Shown: positions 28,275 to 37,636 of the stretch, in pieces | Layout of the letters: each line of letters begins with the position of its first letter | How positions within the stretch are numbered: the first letter of the stretch is position 1 | NCBI GenBank assembly: GCA_043753565.1 | Contig: JAYUWM010000074.1 | Coordinates: 25,273 to 89,272 of the forward strand | DNA length: 64,000 nucleotides | From: a bacterium | Lineage (GTDB): Bacteria > Patescibacteriota > Saccharimonadia > Saccharimonadales > SZUA-47 | Direction of reading: 5' to 3' | Made by a program: the position numbers and the translations under genes | Notes under the pieces: generated by a model | Seen by the model: only the letters and a program-made list of their open reading frames with translations | What the model was told of the DNA's origin: nothing | Databases searched by the model: none

Positions 28275-30253
28275 CATTTAATAGGGCAAGAACCTGTTGC
28301 GCACTCGTCACCAACAATTTCATCAAAACTATTTGTATCATTAAGATCAACGATACCAAGAGTTTGAATATACTCATTGTATGTGTGCTCTGATACTACC
28401 TCCTGCGGAAGATATAAGTATCCTAGATCTTTAGCAGTCATACTAGGGTCCGTACGGTACAAGAAACTAACGCCTACATAGATATCCCAGTTACTAAGCA
28501 ACCAGTTAATAATATCTTCTACTTCATCTAAGGAGTATGAGATAGTTACCGAAGTATTCTGCTGAGTCCAGCTGGTTTGAATTAATTTATACTTCTCAAG
28601 CTGCTCAAGGGCTGTATCAAGATTAACTTCCTTACCGTTAACTTTGGCAAATGGTACATCGTCCCATTTTACTGGAAAGGTTACAAGTACGCCACTATCA
28701 TCCGTAGGATGGTTGATTACGTTGTAGTTTGCTTCTCGAAGCTTAACTACAACGGGGTCATACTTGCTAAACTGTACGTTATTAAAAATGTACTTACCAA
28801 GAGGTTTGTGAATACCTTCTGTAGTATCCATGATCTTAGAAAGCGTACCGGAAGGCTTAACTGTAGTTACGTTCTTAGGGCTAGGCAGGTCTAGTTCCTG
28901 AGCCATACCAATTGCAGCACTAGTAGCAGTACGCTTTAAGTATTCGTAATCATATCCGCCCATATCTGGACGCTTAGCGATACCCGTAAGGCCTACGCCA
29001 CATAAACGCAAGAAGTAGTTGTTTAAGTGCCAGGATTCTTGTAGAATACCATCTTTTAGGTTTACACAGGTTTGTCTATAATTTGCTCTAGATGCAAGAC
29101 GAATAGCCTCGTGCAAGCCAGCCGTATCGCCTTTGAATTTTCCAATGTCCGTTTCAGTGAGGTTGCAGAAAGACTTGTTCCCGAGAAGAATTTCGACGCA
29201 CGGATTGCACCCTGAGAACCAAGGAGCTCGTCTAGTTGCTTCAACTGCATTAATGAATCCAGGTTCAGAACCTCCTGCATCTGCCATGAGGTCAAAGATT
29301 CTTCTGAGGTCTGCATAAACTGGCTTTTCTTTAAATACTAGGGAATTATTAGACTGCTGACGCTGACTATTACCGTGCAACCACCAGTCTTTCTTAGCTA
29401 CTGCAAATTCTTCCCACTCAGGCTGCCCGTACTCAAATAGCGCAATCTCTGCACTCCGACGACTAGAAAGAATAGTACCCAGCCAGTTGACAATGTCAAG
29501 TATATCCATTCTGGTAAGTAAACTATCTGCTCGCCCATTAAGTATCTTAGCAATTGCAACATAGGCAACGCTAATAGCACTATCACCTGAGCTAATCCAC
29601 CCGTAACCCTTAAGCCTTTCGCCAGCTGGGCGTAACTCGCTAAAGTCCAGCACTAGTTCTTTAGCGGGATATTTACCGGCCATAAGTTTACCTATAGACT
29701 TTGCCCAAGCCTCGGCAGAATCTCCGACTTTAATTGTCCATACTCCGTTCTCAAAGATTTCAACGTTGTTTTCATTACCGCCTTTACCTGTACGAGTACT
29801 ATGAACTACACGAATAGTTTTAATAGGCTTTGAGAATCCATTAAGCGTACCTACAATAGGTTTAAACCCTACACCACACCCTTGAAGAAGTAGCCATAGA
29901 ACGTCTACTGTATCATAGATAGTCTCGACCTGCGTAAAGCTACAATTAAACTGTGATGCTTCTCGTGTTTTAGCAACTGTAGTGCCCCCAAGCCACAAAC
30001 TACGGCCACTCATAGATACCTTGCGATCAATCATTAGCTGTTCTAAATCATACAGCTCTGAGAACTCCGTGTCCCTAAGATCACGACCCAGTGCTCTCTC
30101 CCATAGCCATTGCTGGTGGTCAATAACTCTAGCTACTGTTTGCTCCCACGTTTCAAAAACTTTACCATCATCAGATAATGGCCTATTGTAGGTGCGCCGT
30201 GTAATAACCTGTGCTCGTGTACTTACTTTATCCATCTTTATTAATTCCTTCAT
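28274..30253 (-). CDS. ribonucleotide reductase, class II (adenosylcobalamin-dependent, monomeric RTPR-like)
   Basis: N-terminal RRTYNRPL...ETWEQTVARV, active-site-like NLTE/CNPC region, C-terminal redox pair C..GSCP. Confidence 0.7.
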   Translation of the reverse strand: MKELIKMDKVSTRAQVITRRTYNRPLSDDGKVFETWEQTVARVIDHQQWLWERALGRDLRDTEFSELYDLEQLMIDRKVSMSGRSLWLGGTTVAKTREASQFNCSFTQVETIYDTVDVLWLLLQGCGVGFKPIVGTLNGFSKPIKTIRVVHSTRTGKGGNENNVEIFENGVWTIKVGDSAEAWAKSIGKLMAGKYPAKELVLDFSELRPAGERLKGYGWISSGDSAISVAYVAIAKILNGRADSLLTRMDILDIVNWLGTILSSRRSAEIALFEYGQPEWEEFAVAKKDWWLHGNSQRQQSNNSLVFKEKPVYADLRRIFDLMADAGGSEPGFINAVEATRRAPWFSGCNPCVEILLGNKSFCNLTETDIGKFKGDTAGLHEAIRLASRANYRQTCVNLKDGILQESWHLNNYFLRLCGVGLTGIAKRPDMGGYDYEYLKRTATSAAIGMAQELDLPSPKNVTTVKPSGTLSKIMDTTEGIHKPLGKYIFNNVQFSKYDPVVVKLREANYNVINHPTDDSGVLVTFPVKWDDVPFAKVNGKEVNLDTALEQLEKYKLIQTSWTQQNTSVTISYSLDEVEDIINWLLSNWDIYVGVSFLYRTDPSMTAKDLGYLYLPQEVVSEHTYNEYIQTLGIVDLNDTNSFDEIVGDECATGSCPIK

Positions 30254-30410
30254 TAATTAGTCTTTGTCCAATTGCGGTGCATAGCCTGGCATACAAGGCC
30301 GTTTTTAGTTCTTCTATTTCCCTTACTTCTTCTATCTTGTAGGCCTTGCTACCTAGAAATGCACAAACTATATTAATAGCGCTATATACCGACTTTTCTT
30401 CGTCTATCAT
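30228..30410 (-). CDS. hypothetical protein
   Basis: 60-aa ORF coupled to dUTPase (ATGA overlap) and overlapping the RNR start. Confidence 0.4.
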   Translation of the reverse strand: MIDEEKSVYSAINIVCAFLGSKAYKIEEVREIEELKTALYARLCTAIGQRLINEGINKDG

Positions 30411-30838
30411 GATCCAGTACTCCCAAACCCACCGGTACCTCTTACAGTATCGTTCCAGCTAGTACCTTCATACTCTGTAAACTCGGCTAGCATAATAGGG
30501 GCGATAACCAGCTGCGCAATTCTAGTGTCAAAAGCCTTGACTTCGTAGTTAGTTCCACCGTTATTTTTTAGCAAAACTTTAATGTTTCCGCGATAATCTG
30601 AATCAATTACGCCAACGGAATTAGCCAATTGAACACCTATTTTCCCTTGCGAACTCCTATTATAAATAAGGCCTACGAAGCCCGCAGGAATTTGTAAGGC
30701 TACTCCTGTATCCAAAAGTTTTTGTTCTCCGGGATAGAGTATACCGGTTTCAGTACAAACCAAGTCTGCGCCAGCGTCCGTAGCGTGGGCTCTAATCGGT
30801 CGCGCTTTAGGGTTGCCTAATTTCATTAGTACGTTCAT
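30407..30838 (-). CDS. dut: dUTPase
   Basis: Motifs AGADL, NRSS, GVIDSDYRG, RGTGGFGSTG. Confidence 0.9.
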   Translation of the reverse strand: MNVLMKLGNPKARPIRAHATDAGADLVCTETGILYPGEQKLLDTGVALQIPAGFVGLIYNRSSQGKIGVQLANSVGVIDSDYRGNIKVLLKNNGGTNYEVKAFDTRIAQLVIAPIMLAEFTEYEGTSWNDTVRGTGGFGSTGS

Positions 30839-31689
30839 TTTAAATATTCTTCCATTATTTTATCTAGTTTTTTACAGTTATCTTCGCCAACTGCGTCAGA
30901 ACTATAGGTAACTAAGTCCATTAGCCGGTAGTTAAGCATTAGGTTATCAGCACCAAATTCGTTAAGTGAAGATATGTACTTATACTTACTAGCAATAGGT
31001 AAGGCTGAAATAATGTCAAAGGTGGAGCCGTATGTTTTTACAAGCTCAAGAGCTCGTTTAGGGCCAATACCGGGCACGCCTTTGACATTGTCCCCGGCAT
31101 CCCCCATTAAACACTTAATAGAAATGTACTCATCAATACTAAAGTCATAGTGGTCTTGCCAGTTATCTATAGTAAACTCTTTGCGTGTTACATAGCTAAA
31201 TTGGGATACGTTTTCAGATACCAAGAGGTTCCAATCTCGGTCTGAACTTATTAGCCAAATTTGCTTAATTGAAGCGTGCTGCTTACGTTTACCTACTATA
31301 TACGCGGCAATATCATCAGCCTCAACTCCTGGAAATCGAGCTACAGGGTACTTCGCTTCATTTTCATAACTAGACAAGATTTGCTGAACTTCGGTAAAGA
31401 ACGCTTCAAATTCTGCTTTTTCGGCTTCAGTCTGCTCAGCGTACTTATCTTTGCGATTTTGCTTATACTCAGGGTATATACCTTTGCGGTAGCTACTTGA
31501 GCCCATATCTCCTGCAATAATAAGTTTATCACATTTATACGATTTACGTAAGCTATCTACTGTTCGCATATAGTCTTCAGCAAAATCAACAGCTTTAGAG
31601 TGTTTATACCTAAAAGCAAGGTTGAGGCTATCAACTATCATTAGAGAACTTGATTCTGTTGAATTAATTTGTGTAAATGTTTTTGTCAT
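30835..31689 (-). CDS. flap endonuclease / 5'-3' exonuclease (T5 D15-like)
   Basis: DSLNLAFR, YPEYKQNR, GVEADD, and H3TH GIGPKRA motifs. Confidence 0.8.
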   Translation of the reverse strand: MTKTFTQINSTESSSLMIVDSLNLAFRYKHSKAVDFAEDYMRTVDSLRKSYKCDKLIIAGDMGSSSYRKGIYPEYKQNRKDKYAEQTEAEKAEFEAFFTEVQQILSSYENEAKYPVARFPGVEADDIAAYIVGKRKQHASIKQIWLISSDRDWNLLVSENVSQFSYVTRKEFTIDNWQDHYDFSIDEYISIKCLMGDAGDNVKGVPGIGPKRALELVKTYGSTFDIISALPIASKYKYISSLNEFGADNLMLNYRLMDLVTYSSDAVGEDNCKKLDKIMEEYLK

Positions 31690-31694
31690 TAGTT

Positions 31695-31723
31695 ATTATA
31701 GTGCATTATTAGCGTAAAGTCAA
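31695..31723 (-). promoter_or_regulatory. early-type promoter TTGACT-17-TATAAT
   Basis: On the minus strand: -35 at 31723-31718, -10 at 31700-31695. Confidence 0.5.
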
Positions 31724-32178
31724 GATATAAATTTAGGCTGTTCGTACTTAATGTAATCATCAAGCATAGCAACATAAAAAGGCTCATTAGCGTGGTCGTT
31801 AATAAACATATACATATAGTCACTACTAGGAATATCTTTAAAAGCTGCAAACACTTTGCTACGGTCATATTTAAATAGTAGCAAGGGATCTTTAGTGACT
31901 TGAATACCTTGTCTAACAGCCTGCTGCCACCATTCGATTAGCTGAGGGTTTTTTGAAGTCAAGATACTACTAGTTAGGTGGTCTTCTGCGTAATGCTTTA
32001 CTTCTACTGCATAGAGGTTCTTTTCATTAGGCACGTATAAATCGCCCTTGAGACCATGCTTAGGGTCTAATGCGCCTGAGCTAGGCACCCTTTCCCAGTT
32101 AAGTTTAGTTAGTACTCGTAGCTGGTCTCTGATTAAAGTCTCCGCTCTAGCGCCTTTGGCGCGTGGATCAACCGCCAT
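31720..32178 (-). CDS. PD-(D/E)xK nuclease (Holliday-junction resolvase-like), putative
   Basis: G.RAE...GDLY...EVKH arrangement typical of restriction-endonuclease-fold resolvases. Confidence 0.5.
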   Translation of the reverse strand: MAVDPRAKGARAETLIRDQLRVLTKLNWERVPSSGALDPKHGLKGDLYVPNEKNLYAVEVKHYAEDHLTSSILTSKNPQLIEWWQQAVRQGIQVTKDPLLLFKYDRSKVFAAFKDIPSSDYMYMFINDHANEPFYVAMLDDYIKYEQPKFIS

Positions 32179-32347
32179 TAGGTTGTCTCCAGTTAAATAC
32201 GTCGACTAAAGCGTTTTTTAACTTAGCCTTATCTTCGTCGGAAGGGCCATAGTCTTTAAGAGTTTTTAAACCTTTTTGTATCATAACACACATGCAGAAG
32301 GGTTCGTCTTGTCTAGGTCCTAAACAAGCGCATAAATTACTACTCAT
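32168..32347 (-). CDS. small Cys-rich protein (59 aa)
   Basis: ATGA overlap with the upstream stop; the 3' end overlaps the next ATG. Below the ORF-track cutoff. Confidence 0.45.
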   Translation of the reverse strand: MSSNLCACLGPRQDEPFCMCVMIQKGLKTLKDYGPSDEDKAKLKNALVDVFNWRQPNGG

Positions 32348-32553
32348 ACTCTACCTGACTCTGCTCTACCCCAAGTATTGCTAAAGGAGATGGATTCTGT
32401 AAGTCTAAAAGGAAACTCGCAGGTAGAGAATCCAGGAACGCTTCTCCATACTTTAACAGCTTTGTCGTATAAGTCTCTATCCGATAAAGGCGCGTGTACA
32501 CGCATTATTTTGTTACTAGTGTCAAAAGTCACTTCATTGTCGACGTATCTCAT
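32344..32553 (-). CDS. hypothetical protein
   Basis: 69 aa; ATGA-type coupling at both ends. Confidence 0.5.
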   Translation of the reverse strand: MRYVDNEVTFDTSNKIMRVHAPLSDRDLYDKAVKVWRSVPGFSTCEFPFRLTESISFSNTWGRAESGRV

Positions 32554-34346
32554 GCTTCAATCCTTGAAATATTAGCTTCTTTTACGATATGTAGTTTTTC
32601 TATAAGAGGGTGTGTAAACGAATGACTAATTAAAATAGTATTTAAGCTTTCTTCATCTAGTAAAACCTCAATCAATCTTTCTTTTCCTTCTGCATCTAGG
32701 TTCTCTACTGTTTCATCTAAGATTAGTAAATTAGTGCGACTATTAGATAGGGCTTGCATTAGTTTACGTATAGCTAATAAGGTGGCTATATTAACCCTAG
32801 CACGTTCTCCGCTAGATAAAGCACTAATATCAATGTCTCTACCGTTATCAGTAATTACTACGTTTAACTTATCAGCTGATGCAATTTTAAAAGATAACTG
32901 AAATCTACCGTCTGCTAGCACCCCAAGGTATTCATTAGTTATAGCCTCTAGGTCTTTTACTAAGCACTCTATTTTGTAGGCTACTAAACCTGTAGTAGAG
33001 AAGGCTTTCACTAAAACTTGAAGCGTAGCTTCTTGGCTTACTAAAGAAGCTAGCTCCTCACTATGCTTTTCTAAATCTGCACGCATGTCAGACATTTGTT
33101 CGGATATAACCGCTACCTTACTATTATGCGCCTCAACTAATTTATTACGAGCCCTGATTTTAGATATAGAGCTATTAACCTCAGCAATATTTAACTCTAG
33201 AGATAGTACTTCGGCTTCTAGATCTTCCGCATTAAGACACTGCTCTGGTAGTTCAGTGTCTATTAAAGCGTAGTACTTTTCCCACTCCGCTAATATTACT
33301 TTGTAATCCGAGAATTTTTTATTCTGAACTTGAGCTTTGGAAATTTCATCAGTTAGGCCTTGTATAGTTAATTCTATAGTAGATTTAGCTTCTTCAAACT
33401 TCTGAAATAGTGAAAAGCGTGTACTATTATCTATATCCTGAGAGCAGGATTTACATTTAGTAATAGCTGTAGTACCCGACAAACTTTTACCCTCACGCAA
33501 TCTGGCCTGAGTTAAAGCTAACTGTGTTTGAAGTTCAACTAAGTCTACACTAGAAGCAATGGGAGCTACAGCAGGCAGTATGATTTTTGTGTGTATGTTT
33601 CTATACGAGTTATTCTGAGTAACTTTCTTGTTTGTAAGAACTAGTCCACCTATTTCAATGCGCAAGTCCTTGACCCTAGCCTCTTCTACACTAGCAGTAT
33701 CAGGCTCTAATTCAAGAACTTTTAAAGTTAGATCTTCTTTTTCATACTTAGATAACCAACTTTTTACTGTACTACATTTAGCTTGCGTAACGTCACTTTG
33801 CTTAGACAAGGCACTAGCTAGTTCTTTAAAAACTTCAGAGGCTTTAGTATACTTAGTAAGATTTAAAAGCTCAATTAGGAACTTTTTTCTAGCTGTATCA
33901 GTTGCCGTTAAGAATTCTAAAGAAGATACACTACTTTGGTACACAATCTGACTAAATGTTTTATGATCGTAGCCTATGATGCCTTCAATAGTTTTATACG
34001 TGCCTGTAGCCGTGTGACTACTAATATCGATATCGGCACGTATAAGTTTAACGGTGCTAGAAGCGTTTGTTCTAACTGTTTTAATTTCGTACTCTACGCC
34101 GTCTTTTTCAAAGTCCAATTCTATAGAGTAGTTTTTACTATCTGTATACCTATTAAGAATGTCAGATTTCTTAATCTTTTTGGAATTAGTGTTGTAGAGC
34201 ACTTCCTCTAATACTAGGGCAATACTAGACTTACCGTTGCCATTCTTACCTACTAGCTGTGTAAGAGAGTTAGTATTTAGGTCTATAATGTTTACAGGCC
34301 CGTATGAAAACGCATTGGACCATCTTAGCTGCTTAAATTTAATCAT
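32550..34346 (-). CDS. SbcC/Rad50-like recombination ATPase (T5 D13-like)
   Basis: Walker A GKNGNGKSS, long coiled-coil middle with CxxC hook (CKSC), signature LSSGE, Walker B LLILDE. Confidence 0.8.
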   Translation of the reverse strand: MIKFKQLRWSNAFSYGPVNIIDLNTNSLTQLVGKNGNGKSSIALVLEEVLYNTNSKKIKKSDILNRYTDSKNYSIELDFEKDGVEYEIKTVRTNASSTVKLIRADIDISSHTATGTYKTIEGIIGYDHKTFSQIVYQSSVSSLEFLTATDTARKKFLIELLNLTKYTKASEVFKELASALSKQSDVTQAKCSTVKSWLSKYEKEDLTLKVLELEPDTASVEEARVKDLRIEIGGLVLTNKKVTQNNSYRNIHTKIILPAVAPIASSVDLVELQTQLALTQARLREGKSLSGTTAITKCKSCSQDIDNSTRFSLFQKFEEAKSTIELTIQGLTDEISKAQVQNKKFSDYKVILAEWEKYYALIDTELPEQCLNAEDLEAEVLSLELNIAEVNSSISKIRARNKLVEAHNSKVAVISEQMSDMRADLEKHSEELASLVSQEATLQVLVKAFSTTGLVAYKIECLVKDLEAITNEYLGVLADGRFQLSFKIASADKLNVVITDNGRDIDISALSSGERARVNIATLLAIRKLMQALSNSRTNLLILDETVENLDAEGKERLIEVLLDEESLNTILISHSFTHPLIEKLHIVKEANISRIEA

Positions 34347-35286
34347 TTAACTTGTTTATGTTATCATTAAACACACCAATAGCTTTATCTACTTGAGCGG
34401 TATTTAATTGTAGAATATAGGATAAGTACTCGGTCAACTCTTCCTGCATGGTCATAGTAGGGTCGAGAATAAGTGCTGTATCAGTTTCACGTTTCATGAC
34501 CTTTTTGTCGATAAGGTCATTGTCTTCAATAGCACCAAGCTGTGCAAGGTCGCCTTCGATTTCATACAGTGTGTGGTGATACTCCGTAGCTAGCATACTA
34601 TCGCCTGCCTGAATAGTTTTACGTAGTAGCTGCGGTAATTCTAACTTAACCCACTGATGCGCCATTATATCAGTATCATATATAATGACGCCTGTATCTA
34701 CTAAATTACGGTGAAAGCTTGTAGTGCAGGGAGAACCTGGATAAAGAAGGTTCCTCTGACTATTCTCATAAGAATGCAAATCTCCTAGTAAAACTATATC
34801 CCAACGATTAAATAAGTCTAAATCTATTTCAGCTTTAACATGTGGAGGTATTTCAGCCCTACAGTGTGTAAAAAGAATTTTGTTATTAAAGTTTTTAGGG
34901 TTAAATTCTTTTAACTTGTTATAGGGTATAATATCGTATAGATCGTTACTAAAGTAATCATCTATAATACGCACTAAAGGGTTAATACTATTAGTGACTT
35001 CCTTTAAATAAGTAAGGAATGTAGTGTTACGTTTATCACTCTCATGGTTTCCAGGAATAATAATAGTCTCAATAGTACAGTCCTTAATAAACTCAAAATA
35101 TAGTGCTAGTTCTTCCATATTAGGAAGTCTATCTACAATATCTCCGGCTATTACGTGTATAGATACGTTTTTTTCTAAGGCATGAAGTTGATTAAACATC
35201 ATCTTATAGCGATTAATGGCCCACTCTTTTGGTACGCCTTTCTGCCCTAATTTAAGGTGCCAATCTGCTGATACTAGTATTTTCAT
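34339..35286 (-). CDS. SbcD/Mre11-like nuclease (T5 D12-like)
   Basis: Phosphoesterase motifs DWHL, GDIVD, GNHE, GDLH. Confidence 0.85.
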   Translation of the reverse strand: MKILVSADWHLKLGQKGVPKEWAINRYKMMFNQLHALEKNVSIHVIAGDIVDRLPNMEELALYFEFIKDCTIETIIIPGNHESDKRNTTFLTYLKEVTNSINPLVRIIDDYFSNDLYDIIPYNKLKEFNPKNFNNKILFTHCRAEIPPHVKAEIDLDLFNRWDIVLLGDLHSYENSQRNLLYPGSPCTTSFHRNLVDTGVIIYDTDIMAHQWVKLELPQLLRKTIQAGDSMLATEYHHTLYEIEGDLAQLGAIEDNDLIDKKVMKRETDTALILDPTMTMQEELTEYLSYILQLNTAQVDKAIGVFNDNINKLND

Positions 35287-35774
35287 ATGTTATATTCTTT
35301 TTTGAATTTTAGGTATAAAGCATACGCTAATTCGGGGGTACTTTCGGTACCTAAATGTATTAACTTTTTATTATAAAGTATCTGGGCTTTCCATTTAGAC
35401 TTATTTTTAGATACTCCCATATATCCAGAAGTATTACGTCTAGATAGGCCTGTATTTCTTACATTTATATGCTGAGGTACATCTCTTAAGTTATCTAAAC
35501 TATTATTACTTCTATTTCTATCTATATGATCTATATTAAATGTAGGCCATTCTTTGAAACAGTAAAACCAAGCTAGTCTATGTGCGTAATATGATTTACC
35601 TTGTAAATAGATAGTTAAGTATCCGACACTATTTAAGCTACCCGAAATACTACCTTTAGTCGCCTAGTTACTTCTAGTCACTTTATTATTAAATATACCA
35701 GTATTAGGGCAGTAGTCTAAGTATTTAACTAGCTCTTCCCATGATATACTAACATTAGCTACCTCTATTTTCAT
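35283..35774 (-). pseudogene. HNH homing endonuclease (HNH_3 + AP2-like) with one in-frame amber codon
   Basis: 163-codon frame, ATGA-coupled at both ends. TAG is at codon 37 (35664-35666). Downstream: GYLTIYLQGKSYYAHRLAWF...IDHIDRNRSNNSLDNLR...GYMGVSKNKSKWKAQI. Confidence 0.7.
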
Positions 35775-36058
35775 GTAAGCGTACCTATAGAGTTACTAAG
35801 GCACCTAAATTCGGCATACCTATAGAGCTTTTTATTTAACTCTGCATCAGTAGATTCTAAATCAACTGCTAGAACTAACTCCAATTTTCGTATAGCTACT
35901 ACTAAATCACCTAATTCAGAACGTAAGTTATCTGTATTAGACCCTAAACTTAAGGGACCTACACCCTCTACACCAAACCTAAGCATCTTGCTACAAGCCT
36001 GCTGAACTTCTGCACACTCTTCTATTACTTTGACTAAACTGTATTCTATTGTATTCAT
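35771..36058 (-). CDS. MazG-like nucleotide pyrophosphohydrolase
   Basis: EECAEV...ELGDL motif spacing of the all-alpha NTP-PPase fold. Confidence 0.6.
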   Translation of the reverse strand: MNTIEYSLVKVIEECAEVQQACSKMLRFGVEGVGPLSLGSNTDNLRSELGDLVVAIRKLELVLAVDLESTDAELNKKLYRYAEFRCLSNSIGTLT

Positions 36059-36070
36059 ATTTTGTAGTGC

Positions 36071-36106
36071 AAAAAGCCCTCTAAGCTGTTTATTTCTTAG
36101 AGGGCT
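36071..36106 (-). terminator. rho-independent terminator
   Basis: Minus-strand stem AGCCCTCTAAG/CTTAGAGGGCT followed by UUUUU. Confidence 0.7.
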
Positions 36107-36113
36107 AGTTTAA

Positions 36114-36767
36114 TTAACCTAGTTCGTTAACTGCTTCGGTGTCTGTACCGGCAGGGCTAGAGCCTTCTGCTGGCTCGCCTTTGGTTAAGCGGTCAAGCAA
36201 GGCTTTTACTTCTTCAGAAGATTGACGCACAAACTTAGCGTCAATAGGCAGGGCTTCGGCAATTGCAGCACGCTCTGCTTCGTTAAGTGCGCGCTTTTTA
36301 AGCTTTAACTGAGCTAGGGTGTACTCTACGTTAAAGGCTAGTGGGCCGGTCTTAGCACGCTTGAACACAATGTCAAAGCCTTCGTCCATATCCGTCGGGT
36401 CAAGACTAAGATCGCTAGCTGCTGAGCAAATCTGCTCAAACAGCTTCTTTTTAAGGTTTAGTACGACGGCTTTAGGTACGCCATCAACTGTAACTAAACA
36501 GTTAACCGAGTAGCTCCATGAGCACTTAGCTTCTGGAAAGTATTCTTGAACGTGGTCAACTTCTTTGTTGTTGAACTTTTCTGCTTCTCGGTCAAATGCA
36601 AGGCACTCAACCGGAATGTCTTTATTATTTGTACCTTTTAGCCAGTATACATAGCGCGGAAGAATTCCCCCAAACATGCGAACTGTATTTTCACCATCTT
36701 TGTAGGTGTAAGACTCGTGTGAATTTTTAACCGCTTTACCATTGGTTTTTGCGAATGAGAGTGCCAT
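36114..36767 (-). CDS. ssDNA-binding protein (gp2.5-like), putative
   Basis: 217 aa with a flexible acidic C-terminal tail (GTDTEAVNELG), located in the replication module. Weak inference. Confidence 0.4.
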   Translation of the reverse strand: MALSFAKTNGKAVKNSHESYTYKDGENTVRMFGGILPRYVYWLKGTNNKDIPVECLAFDREAEKFNNKEVDHVQEYFPEAKCSWSYSVNCLVTVDGVPKAVVLNLKKKLFEQICSAASDLSLDPTDMDEGFDIVFKRAKTGPLAFNVEYTLAQLKLKKRALNEAERAAIAEALPIDAKFVRQSSEEVKALLDRLTKGEPAEGSSPAGTDTEAVNELG

Positions 36768-36773
36768 ATTTGT

Positions 36774-37202
36774 TTACTCGTATTTAAAATTGATTATAGT
36801 AGGTGTTATTTGTAGTAACGGGTTTGATCTAAGTGCGTCATAATTCAGATCAGGAAAAAACGACGTCGACAAGGCTTTGAACCCGTACTGTTTATAAAGG
36901 TTGTAGTCTCGTCTAGAGGCTAGTTTTACATACTGCATCTTAAATAGTATGTCTGTTGACATGTCGTTAAACAAGTCTACAAAGTTTAGTAGAAAGGAAC
37001 TTCCGTGTAGGGGTACTTTAGAGGGCTTTAGTTTAGCGTACTTACTAGGCAGTCGTTTAGAGTAGTGATACTCCAGCATAGACATAAACTTATCAGGAGT
37101 ATTACATGATTGTTCCTCTAAGGTACTTAAATTAAAAAAGATAATCATAGCGGCCTTTTGAATACTTATTATAGCATACTTTATGTGTGCAGACAAGCCC
37201 AA
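36774..37202 (-). CDS. hypothetical protein
   Basis: 142-aa ORF; an internal start is possible. Confidence 0.45.
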   Translation of the reverse strand: MGLSAHIKYAIISIQKAAMIIFFNLSTLEEQSCNTPDKFMSMLEYHYSKRLPSKYAKLKPSKVPLHGSSFLLNFVDLFNDMSTDILFKMQYVKLASRRDYNLYKQYGFKALSTSFFPDLNYDALRSNPLLQITPTIINFKYE

Positions 37203-37241
37203 ATTTTTTAAGCTTTATTTATACCACTCTTGTCGTTTTAA

Positions 37242-37460
37242 TCAGAGAGGTTCGTACAGTTTACCTTTAATTCCACAAGCTACTCCGAACCAACTATAGT
37301 TGGTTCGTTCGTTTAAGCACTCACGACCAATAATCTCAGGTCTAGATAGCTCATAAGAGTCTTTTATGTTTACACCAGGGTGCGTACATCTTAGTGTATT
37401 GAAGTAAGTACTTTTGTGGTCTATGCTATACTTACAGTTTGTACAATATTTTGGAGTCAT
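37242..37460 (-). CDS. small Cys-rich protein
   Basis: 72 aa; contains C.NC...C...C...C. Confidence 0.45.
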   Translation of the reverse strand: MTPKYCTNCKYSIDHKSTYFNTLRCTHPGVNIKDSYELSRPEIIGRECLNERTNYSWFGVACGIKGKLYEPL

Positions 37461-37636
37461 TTTTCTTTAACGATCAAATACTGCTCTTTAAAAACCCAAA
37501 AGGTACCCAAGGCTGTTGGGTAGTCAAGTAGTTTAGAGGAAACTAAAACGTCTCCATCTTCTCGCTTACTCCACGTTTCTACAATTACCTGGTGATTTGA
37601 GGTATCTGCGTTTTCAATTCTTACTGATTTTGTCAT
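37457..37636 (-). CDS. small hypothetical protein (59 aa)
   Basis: ATGA overlaps at both ends. Below the ORF-track cutoff. Confidence 0.45.
   Translation of the reverse strand: MTKSVRIENADTSNHQVIVETWSKREDGDVLVSSKLLDYPTALGTFWVFKEQYLIVKEK

Noticed and set aside
28709-30191. Plus-strand and alternative-frame ORFs (61-84 aa) within the RNR gene.
   Set aside because: They are embedded in a 659-aa ORF with clear RNR motifs and have no start signals.
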